Below, piece by piece: positions 1 through 9,186 of a DNA stretch of 61,566 nucleotides. Source of the stretch: Chloroflexota bacterium (lineage in GTDB: Bacteria; Chloroflexota; Anaerolineae; Aggregatilineales; UBA2796). Where the stretch lies: assembly GCA_040007395.1 (NCBI GenBank), contig JBDTVG010000179.1, positions 1 through 61,566 of the forward strand, given 5' to 3'. Made by a program: the position numbers and the translations under genes. The notes under the pieces were generated by a model. It was given only the letters and a program-made list of their open reading frames with translations, was not told the DNA's origin and did not search any database. Position 1 is the stretch's first letter. Each line of letters begins with the position of its first letter.

Positions 1-154
1 ACTTCTTCCAAATCAAGGCGTTCGCTTTCCCGATCTACCATAAGACCCCAGTAGTTAATAGTGTTAATTTGGTTTGTAATCTCCGCACCTTACAGTATTT
101 TTAGGTCGGCACCGATCTAAAATTTTAGGCCAAATTGTTATTGGAATACCAACT

Positions 155-2239
155 ATGATTTCCCCAGAAGCCAGCAAGACTCGACGATTTACAGCACCCA
201 ACGCAGCGCGTAGTATTATGATGCTTTTACCCGACCGCTTGCGGAGTGCCTTTGCAATCTTGTTGGCATTGCTTGTCCTGACAACGCCGATTGCTGTGCA
301 GGCAACGGGTGGATCGCATGTTTCGCAAAATACCTTCAGTGAACGTGCGCGGATAACCATTCATGATGGCGTGGCTCACGATCAGGCTGGAACCTCGGTG
401 AGCATCAGTGGCAACACAGCGATTATCGGCGCATCTGGAGAGAATGACCATAGTGGGACGGCTTATATCTTTGTGCGGCATGGCTTGACGTGGGATCAGC
501 AAGCCAGTCTAACCCCCACTGATGCAGCAGCAGCCGACTACTTCGGCTACGCAGTAGCAGTGAGCGGTGATACTGCATTGGTGGGAGCCTACGGTAAAAA
601 CAATTTCACCGGGGCAGCCTATGTCTTTGTCCGGACTGGTACGGTGTGGAGCCAACAGGCTAAGCTAACGCTCAACAATGGCGCAGCAGGCGACAATTTT
701 GGCGGGGCGGTAGCCCTCAGTGACGATACAGTGGTTATCGGTGCGGCTTACAAAGAAGGTGGTCGGGGATCTGCTTATGTCTTTGTGCGGAGTGGCTCCA
801 CATGGAGCTTACAGCAGATTATGACTGCCAATGACGGCTCGGCTCTGGATTATTTCGGTTATTCGGTGGCAGTTGAGGGCGATACAGCAATCGTAGGAGC
901 CTACAACTGTGCGAACACCGACAATGCTGGCGCTGCCTACGTGTTTGTTCGTCATGGGATAGCGTGGGATCAACAGCAGATCTTAACTTCTAACGATGGT
1001 GCGCCGGGGGATTATTTTGGCGGTTCAGTGGCGTTGAGTGGCGATACCGCACTCGTGGGAGCACCCTACCATCTCAACGATGCGACTGGTGCGGCGTATG
1101 TCTTTGTACGGAGTGGTGCAGTGTGGAGCCAACAGACCAAACTGACTGCCACTGACGGTATACCGATGGATTTTTTCGGTTATTCAGTCGCGATGAGCGG
1201 CGATACCGCGCTCATCGGAACCTTTGGTAAAAACGATCAAACGGGGGCTGCCTACGTATTTGGGCGTACTGGTACAGCATGGACTCAGCAGCAAACTCTG
1301 ACCGCCAGCGATGCCTCTAACAACGATCAGTTTGGTTGGTCTGTAGCTATGGATGGCGGCAGCAGTTTGGCCGGTGCGCCGATGAAAAACCATATACAAG
1401 GCGAAGCGTATGTGTTTGCCAACAACAGCGCAGGTGAGACAATTGGTGTCTTTCGTCCAGCTATGACCACGTTCTTTTTGCGAAGTTCCAATACTACTGG
1501 CGTTGCCTCGGTTGCAACACCATTAGGGATAACTACCGATCTGCCGATGGCGGGCGACTGGAATGGCGATGGCATCGATACCATTGGTGTCTATCGGTCT
1601 GATACAGGGCAGTTCTTCCTCAGAGACTCAAATATGGCGTCTGCACCCATTGTCTATAGTTTTTCGCTGGGAATGACTGGCGATCTACCAATGGCAGGTG
1701 ACTGGAACGGCGATGGCAAGGATAGTGTCGGTGTATTCCGACCCTCTAATGGGTTGATCTATCTCAAAAACGAGCTAAGTACAGGCTTCGCGGATTTCCA
1801 GATGATAATGGGCGTGCCAGGCGACCTGCCGTTGACAGGTGATTGGAATGGCGATGGCAGTGATAGCCCCGGTATCTATCGTCCCGCCACTGCTACTTTC
1901 TATCTGACCAATCAGGTTTGCAATTGCAGCACCTTTGGGGAGTATGCTGCGACGATGGGCGTTTCTGGAGATCTACCTTTCGCGGGTGACTGGGATGGCG
2001 ATGGCAAGACAGGGATTGGGGTTTTCCGTCCTACCAATGGCTTGATCTATCTCAAGGATGAACCAACCAGCGGGTTTGCTGATCTACAGATTGTGTTTGG
2101 CATTGCTAACGATTTGCCCGTTGCTGGACACTGGTCATCGCTGACGATGACTAACCCCGCTGCTGCGACCATTGCCAAGCCCAGTGTGCCGATCCAGACA
2201 TTGGCTGCCCCCAAGCTCGCGCCGACATTTGTCCCCTGA
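155..2239 (+). CDS. Secreted FG-GAP / VCBS-like repeat protein. It has an N-terminal signal peptide, seven FG-GAP-like units (DYFGYAVAVSGDTALVGA) and C-terminal GDWNGDG repeats.
   Basis: Long ORF with a hydrophobic N-terminus (LLALLVLTTPIAVQA). Reiterated FG-GAP-like and DLPxAGDWNGDGxD motifs are visible in the translation. Confidence 0.75.
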   Translation: MISPEASKTRRFTAPNAARSIMMLLPDRLRSAFAILLALLVLTTPIAVQATGGSHVSQNTFSERARITIHDGVAHDQAGTSVSISGNTAIIGASGENDHSGTAYIFVRHGLTWDQQASLTPTDAAAADYFGYAVAVSGDTALVGAYGKNNFTGAAYVFVRTGTVWSQQAKLTLNNGAAGDNFGGAVALSDDTVVIGAAYKEGGRGSAYVFVRSGSTWSLQQIMTANDGSALDYFGYSVAVEGDTAIVGAYNCANTDNAGAAYVFVRHGIAWDQQQILTSNDGAPGDYFGGSVALSGDTALVGAPYHLNDATGAAYVFVRSGAVWSQQTKLTATDGIPMDFFGYSVAMSGDTALIGTFGKNDQTGAAYVFGRTGTAWTQQQTLTASDASNNDQFGWSVAMDGGSSLAGAPMKNHIQGEAYVFANNSAGETIGVFRPAMTTFFLRSSNTTGVASVATPLGITTDLPMAGDWNGDGIDTIGVYRSDTGQFFLRDSNMASAPIVYSFSLGMTGDLPMAGDWNGDGKDSVGVFRPSNGLIYLKNELSTGFADFQMIMGVPGDLPLTGDWNGDGSDSPGIYRPATATFYLTNQVCNCSTFGEYAATMGVSGDLPFAGDWDGDGKTGIGVFRPTNGLIYLKDEPTSGFADLQIVFGIANDLPVAGHWSSLTMTNPAAATIAKPSVPIQTLAAPKLAPTFVP

Positions 2240-2271
2240 CGTAATGCGCCAACGATTAACCAAAGATTAAT

Positions 2272-2320
2272 CTCTCTCTGCGCGAAGTCATTTTCGCGCA
2301 GAGAGAGCGTTTGTTTTCCT
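2272..2320 (+). terminator. Rho-independent terminator: 15-bp GC-rich stem (ctctctgcgcgaa / ttcgcgcagagag) followed by a T-rich tract.
   Basis: A perfect inverted repeat sits immediately after the stop of the FG-GAP gene, followed by gtttgttttcc. Confidence 0.5.
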
Positions 2321-2467
2321 CTGAAGTTGTCACAAATTTTACACTGCTGTCACATCTTCGGGGAGTTTGCTGACTCTTTTGATATACTCTATATCATCGC
2401 CAGTTCAGCGTTTACATTATGATTATAATGCTACGCTTTGAGTCTCAAGTTCAAGAGGTAACTATAT

Positions 2468-3565
2468 ATGGCTGCTATTTCCACGACTCCCCCTAAGAAG
2501 GGTAAACCCGCTTGGGTCAAAATCATTGCTCAATATCAAAAACCAGTATTGTCGGCAAGTGTTTCGCAGCTTGCCAACAGTTTTCTGCCCTATGCTGCTG
2601 TCTGGGCTTTGGCGGCAGCAAGCGTTCTGCTCGGCTGGTCCTACTGGATCACATTGGGGCTGGCGGTGCTTGCTAGCGGTTTCCTGATGCGTATCTTCAT
2701 CATCCAGCATGACTGCGGTCATCAGTCGTTTTTTAAGTCCAAAAAGGCTAACGATCTGACCGGATTCATCTGCGGTGTTTTGACCATGACTCCCTATGAA
2801 TATTGGCGTACCAGCCACGCGATCCACCATGCGACAGCAGGCAACCTTGATCATCGTGGCGTGGGCGATGTTTACACGATGACCGTCAAGGAGTTCTTGG
2901 CAGGCACGCCGACGGATCGCTTCAAGTATCGGATGTATCGCAATCCCATCTTGATGTTCCTCCTAGCTCCCGGCTTCATGTTCATGATTAACCAGCGCAC
3001 ACCCTTAGCGCTGCCCTTCGCAACCTCCAAGCAGGGCCGCCGCAGTCTGTATTACACTGATCTGGCAATCTTTAGCCTTGCCGTTGTGCTATCACTCATC
3101 ATCGGCTTCAGAAACTACCTGATCATCCAAATTCCGATCAACATCATCGCCGCGACGGTAGGGGTATGGCTGTTCTACATCCAGCATCAGTTTGAGGAAG
3201 CCTACTGGAAGCCCGAAGACGATTGGGATTACACTACCGCTGCACTCAAGGGCAGTTCTTATTACAAACTACCGAAGGTGTTCCAGTGGTTCACCGGGAA
3301 TATCGGTCTGCACCACATCCACCACCTTAGCCCCCGCATCCCGAACTACCTGCTGGAAAAAGTCCACAACGATAACCCGGAATTCCAACAAGTCCCGATC
3401 ATTACCTTGTGGGCCAGCGCGAAAATCCTGCTTTCCCGGTTGGCGCTCTGGGACGAGGATGAGAAGCGATTGGTAAGCTTCGCTGAGGTAGATCGCCGCC
3501 AGCGGGCTGCTGCAATCGCTGACACGGCTAACCCTACGAACACAGAAACCGAGACAGCAAGCTAG
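2468..3565 (+). CDS. Membrane-bound fatty acid desaturase (acyl-lipid desaturase, three His boxes).
   Basis: His boxes HDCGH, HAIHH and HHIHH with TM segments between them. The RBS-like gaggtaac lies upstream of the ATG. Confidence 0.85.
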   Translation: MAAISTTPPKKGKPAWVKIIAQYQKPVLSASVSQLANSFLPYAAVWALAAASVLLGWSYWITLGLAVLASGFLMRIFIIQHDCGHQSFFKSKKANDLTGFICGVLTMTPYEYWRTSHAIHHATAGNLDHRGVGDVYTMTVKEFLAGTPTDRFKYRMYRNPILMFLLAPGFMFMINQRTPLALPFATSKQGRRSLYYTDLAIFSLAVVLSLIIGFRNYLIIQIPINIIAATVGVWLFYIQHQFEEAYWKPEDDWDYTTAALKGSSYYKLPKVFQWFTGNIGLHHIHHLSPRIPNYLLEKVHNDNPEFQQVPIITLWASAKILLSRLALWDEDEKRLVSFAEVDRRQRAAAIADTANPTNTETETAS

Positions 3566-3636
3566 CACCTGTCTTAAAAATTAACCTTGACATCTCACCG
3601 AAAAACGCGATAATACCCATCAGACAGAGATGTCTT

Positions 3637-3709
3637 GCCGAGGTAGCTCAGTGGTAGAGCAACGCACTGAAAATGCGTGGGTCGCCAGTTCAACTCTGGC
3701 TCTCGGCAC
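3637..3709 (+). tRNA. tRNA-Phe (anticodon GAA).
   Basis: Cloverleaf: acceptor GCCGAGG/TCTCGGC, D-loop AGCTCAGTGGTAGAGC, anticodon stem ACGCA/TGCGT with loop CTGAAAA, T-loop GGTTCAACTCTGG. Confidence 0.85.
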
Positions 3710-3712
3710 ACA

Positions 3713-3750
3713 AAAGCCACTCCCAAATTTGGGAGTGGCTTTTTATTTTC
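3713..3750. terminator. Bidirectional intrinsic terminator (aaagccactccc aaattt gggagtggcttt) between the tRNA-Phe/desaturase and the convergent flotillin gene.
   Basis: 12-bp perfect palindromic stem flanked by A/T runs on both sides. Confidence 0.6.
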
Positions 3751-3792
3751 TGACTAACCTTGCCTATATAAAACAGGTTTAGCGGAAGTATG

Positions 3793-5847
3793 CTAGGCAG
3801 GATTAGTATCGGGTGGGTTGACAGGCGGATCGGTATGTGTCGCAAGCTGCTGCAAAATGCTGTTGCGAATGCGCTTGACCTCATTGTCGTTCCGGCTAGC
3901 AGATTCGCTTTGTCCATTTTGATTACCGCCATTAGTGCTTGGCTTGGTCTCAATGTTTAACTTGTCAGACAGTAACATCGCAATCAAACCTTCGAAGGCG
4001 CTGTAACTACCAGTCCCATTGCCATCTGCACCTTTGCCGCCCGTGATAACCATTCGGGGGACAATCTCAACTCCCGATTTTTCGATAGCGGCACTAAAGC
4101 GTTCCATGACCTGTTGCAATACTTGATACTGCGGGCCACCGTAGGCACGAACTTGTTCTTCAACCGCCAACGCACGGGCAATACCAGTCCGGGCATCGCG
4201 TTCTGCTTCAGCCTCGGCAATAGCTTTGATTGTGGCGGCTTCTTGGAGCGAGCGCTGGTACGATGCTTTACCCTGATTGCTCTGAACCGTAATGGCAATC
4301 TCCGATTCGGTCAGGGCGGTTTGCTGCTGTGCAATCGCCTCGGCCTGACGGAGTTCGCGCTCTTTGTTGGCGGCGAGTTCCTTCTTGCTATAGGTTTCGA
4401 TCTGTTCTACCGCGATTTGGCGATCCCGCAACTGAGCAAGAATCTCTTCGATCTTGCGGTCATTGGCAGAGGAGGACGGCGTGCCGATCAACACTTCCTC
4501 TAGTTCCAGATTATAGTGAGCGAAACGCTCTTTCATTTCTATAGATGACTGGCCTTGAATCTGGCTACGTTCCTGAATTAACTGGATCAGGGTTCTAGTT
4601 TGTCCGATGTTTTTAAAATATGCAGCAACCATCGGGTCGAGAGTCTGATCCACCAGCCGTTTGATGTCACCGAAACGCTGAATAACCAGCGGCGCTTTGC
4701 GGTAGTCGATGTGGATCACGACGGACAAAGGCAGCGATGGCTCAAACGCATCTTTGGTGATCAGTTCAACTGCGGTCAGATTTTCGTCGTAGCGATGCAC
4801 TCCCACCTCGGCACTATTCCACTTGAGGATAATATTGGTCGTGGGTACGATAATGACCTTGCCTGCATAGGTGTTGAAGGCATATTTACCGGGCATGAGT
4901 GCCGTACTCCACACACCCTTAAACCCGCGTTCTACCATCTCGCCGTGTTTGTAATCTTCACCGGAAAGATCGCCGCCCTGTTCGCCTGTATAGGACACCA
5001 CTACGCCCACACTGCCGACTTCAATCGTTGTTTTGGGGATCATTTCGACAGTAGCAAACAGACAGTTGATATAGTAAGTTCCCTCGACAACTGTTTGGAA
5101 TTGGCGACCTCGCCGTCCGCCTGCCGCCAAGAACTTTTCTGGGTCTTGAAAGTTATTGTGATAGGTTGCGGGATTCTTTGGATCGTCGCCCACCGTTGGG
5201 GCGATAATATCACCTTGCGCTAGCGATGGCCCTTCATGGACTGTTACCACGCCAACCAGATCGTCAGCACCTTTGATAACCACCGGACGGAAACCTTGCC
5301 GTTCCGCAATAAGCGCAGCGGTACGCTTGAAAGTAACTTCGTCCTCGCGGCTTAAGGGAAGATAATACGTGCCTGTCTCGGTAAAAATGACAAACTGCGC
5401 TAGATTGAGCGCGTAAGTGCCTTCACGCAAGACTTCGCGCTGTGGGCCGCGCTGTCCACGATTTTTGAGAAAGCCCTCTACGTCCTGAAAATTCTTAGAT
5501 TCCGGCACATTTTGGGCGATGGTTTGTGAAGGCTGCAATGGTAGGCCATCACGGGCGAACACATAGCCGATCTGTCCCTGTGGAATAGTGACAAGGGGAG
5601 CCAGATGGACGCGAAATTGGAAGGGCATTAACAGGCGAATACCACCACGCAGTACATTAGGCTGGTAACCTGCTTCGCGGTTGAGCGCGATGAACCCTTC
5701 TTTAACCGACCCTTTCTCAGAAAAGATTTTCTCGACAATCCCTACGCGGTTGTTCGGAATAAATCGAATGGCAGAGAGCAACGCCACGAAAGCAACAACA
5801 ATCAACAACAGTACCAAGATAAGCGGAACTATCGCGAAGCCGTCCAC
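3793..5847 (-). CDS. Flotillin-like SPFH/band-7 domain protein (YqiK-like). N-terminal TM anchor and C-terminal coiled coil rich in E/A/Q.
   Basis: N-terminal hydrophobic helix, SPFH-like core, and a long EA-rich coiled coil (AEAEAERDARTG...). Confidence 0.75.
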   Translation of the reverse strand: MDGFAIVPLILVLLLIVVAFVALLSAIRFIPNNRVGIVEKIFSEKGSVKEGFIALNREAGYQPNVLRGGIRLLMPFQFRVHLAPLVTIPQGQIGYVFARDGLPLQPSQTIAQNVPESKNFQDVEGFLKNRGQRGPQREVLREGTYALNLAQFVIFTETGTYYLPLSREDEVTFKRTAALIAERQGFRPVVIKGADDLVGVVTVHEGPSLAQGDIIAPTVGDDPKNPATYHNNFQDPEKFLAAGGRRGRQFQTVVEGTYYINCLFATVEMIPKTTIEVGSVGVVVSYTGEQGGDLSGEDYKHGEMVERGFKGVWSTALMPGKYAFNTYAGKVIIVPTTNIILKWNSAEVGVHRYDENLTAVELITKDAFEPSLPLSVVIHIDYRKAPLVIQRFGDIKRLVDQTLDPMVAAYFKNIGQTRTLIQLIQERSQIQGQSSIEMKERFAHYNLELEEVLIGTPSSSANDRKIEEILAQLRDRQIAVEQIETYSKKELAANKERELRQAEAIAQQQTALTESEIAITVQSNQGKASYQRSLQEAATIKAIAEAEAERDARTGIARALAVEEQVRAYGGPQYQVLQQVMERFSAAIEKSGVEIVPRMVITGGKGADGNGTGSYSAFEGLIAMLLSDKLNIETKPSTNGGNQNGQSESASRNDNEVKRIRNSILQQLATHTDPPVNPPDTNPA

Positions 5848-5947
5848 GTTAGCCTCAATTCATGAGAATACTTATTCAAATCAAACATTTGGATCAGGAT
5901 CAGCTTAGCACAGATCCAAAAGCGGCGCGTCCCAATTTTGTGGGTAC

Positions 5948-7138
5948 TCAGTCTGCTTGACTCTTTATCTCGCCTAGACGACGCAGAAGCGGAGTAACCG
6001 TTAAGCCCTGAACCACAAGGGAAAACGTGACTACAGCAAAGGCAATGGTCAGGATCTCGTTCCTATGCTCAATTTCCAGCGGAAGCCCCAATGCCAGAGC
6101 TAGCGCCAACGCTCCGCGTAACCCACCCCAAAATAGCAGATGTTGATGCGACCATGCAACACGTAGTGCTGAGCGCGAAAACAGCGCACAACACAGGTAG
6201 ATCGCGACTGCACGCCCTACCAGAACCAGTCCAATTGCGACTAAGGCAGGCATCAATACCTCCCTAATCATCTGATGCGTTCCTTGGATACCAATCAAAA
6301 TAAAGATCAGAGAATTAACCACAAAGGCAACATATTCCCAGAACGTATTCAGCGTATCGCGCCCTTTATGAGAAATAAACCCAAATGAGCCAACATTGCC
6401 GATGAGCAACCCCGCGACGAGCGAAGCTAGAACCCCCGAAAAGTGCAAGTGTTCTGCCACCAGAAAAGAACCATAAGCGACAACAGTGGTAAGCGTAAGT
6501 TCTACAAGATGATCGACAGTCCGTCCAGAAAGCAGTAACATGCCGCCACCAAAAACCGCCCCGCATACGATGCCACCGATAATCGATAACAGTAGGCTAG
6601 GTACGATTTGTGAACCATTGATGCTGCCACCCGCAGCAATCATCACGACGATACTAAATGCGATCGCGACAGTACTATCATTGAAAAGACTTTCAGCTTC
6701 AACCAGTAAGCGTAAACGCCCCTGTACCCCTGCTTCATTGAAAGTCGCAATTACCGAAACTGGATCAGTGGCGGCGATGAGGATGCCGAACACAGCAGCG
6801 CTGGCCCAATCCCACTGGACGAGATAGTGCATTCCAAGCGTTGTAATGCCAGCGGCAAGCAGCACACCGACTGTCGCCAGAGTCAGGATAACTGCTAAAT
6901 CTTTGCGAAGTTCTACCCAGCGAATATACAAAGCTGCTTCAAAGACTAGGGGCGGCAAGAAAATATTGAATACGAGGTTTTTCGTGAGACCTATCTCTGG
7001 AAAGTTACCAAAAACAGACAAAACTCCGCCTGCTATTACTAAACCAACGCTATAGGGAATCCGCAGCCGTCGAACGACAACGGCAACCACGGCTGCTACC
7101 AATAGCAAAATTTCAACTCTCTCAACGGTCAGGTCCAC
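5948..7138 (-). CDS. Na+/H+ exchanger family (CPA1/NhaP-like) cation:proton antiporter. Start placed at GTG with the SD aagaggtg; the six-frame ORF extends to 7339.
   Basis: Polytopic membrane protein with the ATDPVSV motif typical of Na+/H+ exchangers. The SD sits 7 nt upstream of GTG at 7138. Confidence 0.7.
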   Translation of the reverse strand: MDLTVERVEILLLVAAVVAVVVRRLRIPYSVGLVIAGGVLSVFGNFPEIGLTKNLVFNIFLPPLVFEAALYIRWVELRKDLAVILTLATVGVLLAAGITTLGMHYLVQWDWASAAVFGILIAATDPVSVIATFNEAGVQGRLRLLVEAESLFNDSTVAIAFSIVVMIAAGGSINGSQIVPSLLLSIIGGIVCGAVFGGGMLLLSGRTVDHLVELTLTTVVAYGSFLVAEHLHFSGVLASLVAGLLIGNVGSFGFISHKGRDTLNTFWEYVAFVVNSLIFILIGIQGTHQMIREVLMPALVAIGLVLVGRAVAIYLCCALFSRSALRVAWSHQHLLFWGGLRGALALALALGLPLEIEHRNEILTIAFAVVTFSLVVQGLTVTPLLRRLGEIKSQAD

Positions 7139-7536
7139 AGTCGCACCTCTTGGGAAATATTCAGATCCGAGCCTAAATAGTCCACATTGATTTCCTCCAC
7201 TGCTATAGAACAACAGCGGAGTTATACATTTTGACAATCTCGTGCGACGTATTGGAGAAAACTGGAAGGCAAAGAATATTAGCCTATCACGGGCTATAAC
7301 CACCTTTATCAAACCGTGATCCATGAAAATTGGAAACAATTAACGACACAGCCCATCTTAATTCGAGTTATATACGTATTTAACGCAACTTTGTGGAGTT
7401 TGCCGTTATAATGCCATCAAGCTATTGAAATCCCGTCTATCTGATCAGGCTGCTTGCTTGGTCGTTCTAAAATCCCATCTCACTTCATTGCATTCACACT
7501 GTAGAGAAATAAAAACAATATGGGGAAGGAGGAGGC

Positions 7537-8772
7537 ATGGAAACTAACCCTACGATTCAACTATTCCTAGCACTTGGAATCATTGTGTTTATGGCGAAAA
7601 GCGCAGGTTACGTTAGCCGTCTGCTTGGTCAACCTGCCGTTTTAGGGGAACTTATCGCTGGGATCATTTTGGGGCCAAGTGTTCTTAATATGCTTGGCTG
7701 GTCGGTCTTTACCGATCAACACCTATCCGAAATGGTAATACACATTGCCGAACTTGGTGTACTGCTGCTCATGTTTAACGCCGGGTTGGAAATCGATCTA
7801 GTTAGTCTACGTCGAGTGCAAAACGTAGCGCTAAGTGCCGGGACATTAGGAGTGGTATTCCCTTTGCTTTTAGCGGTGCCAGTAGCTTTGGTTTCTAATT
7901 ACTCGCTTGAAGCAGCGCTGTTTATTGGCATGAGTATGGCAGCAACCAGCGTGAGTATTTCGGCACAGACGATGGTCGAGCTAGGTGTATTGCAGACCAA
8001 AGAAGGGATTGCCCTGTTAGGTGCTGCGGTTATTGATGATGTGCTGGCAATTTTGTTGCTGTCAGTGCTCATTGCCCTAAGCTTAGCGGGTGGTGGCGGT
8101 TTGGGAGATGTAATAGGCGTTGTACTCCGTATCACCATCTATATTGCGGCTGCTTTAGGAATTGGCTGGCTCCTGTTGCCAAGAATAGCCAACTGGATCG
8201 CTAACCGTCCGATTAGTAGCGGGGTTCTTGCCTTTAGTATCGTCGCTGCTCTACTGTTCGGATGGTCAGCGGAGTTGTTCGGCGGCATCGCGGCTATCAC
8301 TGGAGCCTTTATTGCGGGAGTTTGCCTTAGTCGTGCGGACAAGAAGATCCGGCATCAAATTGACGAAGGGTTGCATGAGATCAACTATGGGCTGCTTGTG
8401 CCGGTCTTTTTCATTAGCATCGGACTCAGAACTAATCTGCGTGATCTAGACAGTTCGCACATTCCATTTACCATTGCGCTCCTCGCCACCGCTATTGCTT
8501 CTAAAATTATCGGATCGGGGTTGGGCGCACGCTTGACTGGATTCGATAATCAGTCTGCATTACGGGTAGGCGTGGGAATGGTATCACGCGGCGAAGTGGG
8601 CCTGATTATTGCCACCGTTGGGTTACAAGCAGGAGTAATTCCAGCCAGTATATTCCCTGCCATTGTTCTGGTTACATTGGCAACCACTGTAGTGACTCCC
8701 CCTTTAGTGAGGTGGGCATTTCGAGAACCAAAATCAGCCCCAGCGGTAAGCCTAACCTACGATAAGGAATGA
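7537..8772 (+). CDS. CPA2-family (KefB/NapA-like) cation:proton antiporter.
   Basis: Strong SD ggaaggaggagg before the ATG. GELIAGIILGPSVLN and a Gly-rich TM core are typical of CPA2 transporters. Confidence 0.8.
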   Translation: METNPTIQLFLALGIIVFMAKSAGYVSRLLGQPAVLGELIAGIILGPSVLNMLGWSVFTDQHLSEMVIHIAELGVLLLMFNAGLEIDLVSLRRVQNVALSAGTLGVVFPLLLAVPVALVSNYSLEAALFIGMSMAATSVSISAQTMVELGVLQTKEGIALLGAAVIDDVLAILLLSVLIALSLAGGGGLGDVIGVVLRITIYIAAALGIGWLLLPRIANWIANRPISSGVLAFSIVAALLFGWSAELFGGIAAITGAFIAGVCLSRADKKIRHQIDEGLHEINYGLLVPVFFISIGLRTNLRDLDSSHIPFTIALLATAIASKIIGSGLGARLTGFDNQSALRVGVGMVSRGEVGLIIATVGLQAGVIPASIFPAIVLVTLATTVVTPPLVRWAFREPKSAPAVSLTYDKE

Positions 8773-8778
8773 TATACG

Positions 8779-9135
8779 ATGGCATATATGATTATGTATA
8801 TATTAGATCACATTCAGCAAATGCCTCAGATCCTTAAAGCATGGGAAGATGAAGGCGCACCGGGCATTACTATTCTCGATAGCACAGGTGTAAACCGACT
8901 GCGCCAAGCAGGCTTCCGGGATGACTTGCCCCTCGTCCCCTCGCTATCAGATCTATTGGAAGACAAATCTATCGAGCACAAAACGTTACTGATGATCGTT
9001 AAGACAGAGGCCGACGTAGATCGTTTTGTTGAAGCAGCCCGCGCCATTGTCGGGGATTTCAACGATCATCGTACTGGGATTATATGTGTTTGGCCTCTAG
9101 CACGGGTTTATGGCTTGGATCGGCCTATTGGTTGA
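8779..9135 (+). CDS. P-II-like (GlnB fold) small signalling protein, genetically coupled to the CPA2 antiporter.
   Basis: 118 aa. It aligns by eye to GlnB: the N-terminal beta-alpha-beta, then KTLLMIVKTEADVDRFVEAARAIVGDFNDHRTGIICVWPLARVYGL against [43 protein letters not shown]. It starts 7 nt after the transporter stop. Confidence 0.6.
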   Translation: MAYMIMYILDHIQQMPQILKAWEDEGAPGITILDSTGVNRLRQAGFRDDLPLVPSLSDLLEDKSIEHKTLLMIVKTEADVDRFVEAARAIVGDFNDHRTGIICVWPLARVYGLDRPIG

Positions 9136-9186
9136 AAACATAGTAAGTCGGCAGGTTGTTTTCCTGATCTAATAAATTCTACCCAC

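Noticed and set aside
4600-5223. Plus-strand 207-aa ORF within the flotillin gene.
   Set aside because: Antisense shadow ORF. The minus strand encodes a coherent TM-SPFH-coiled-coil protein.
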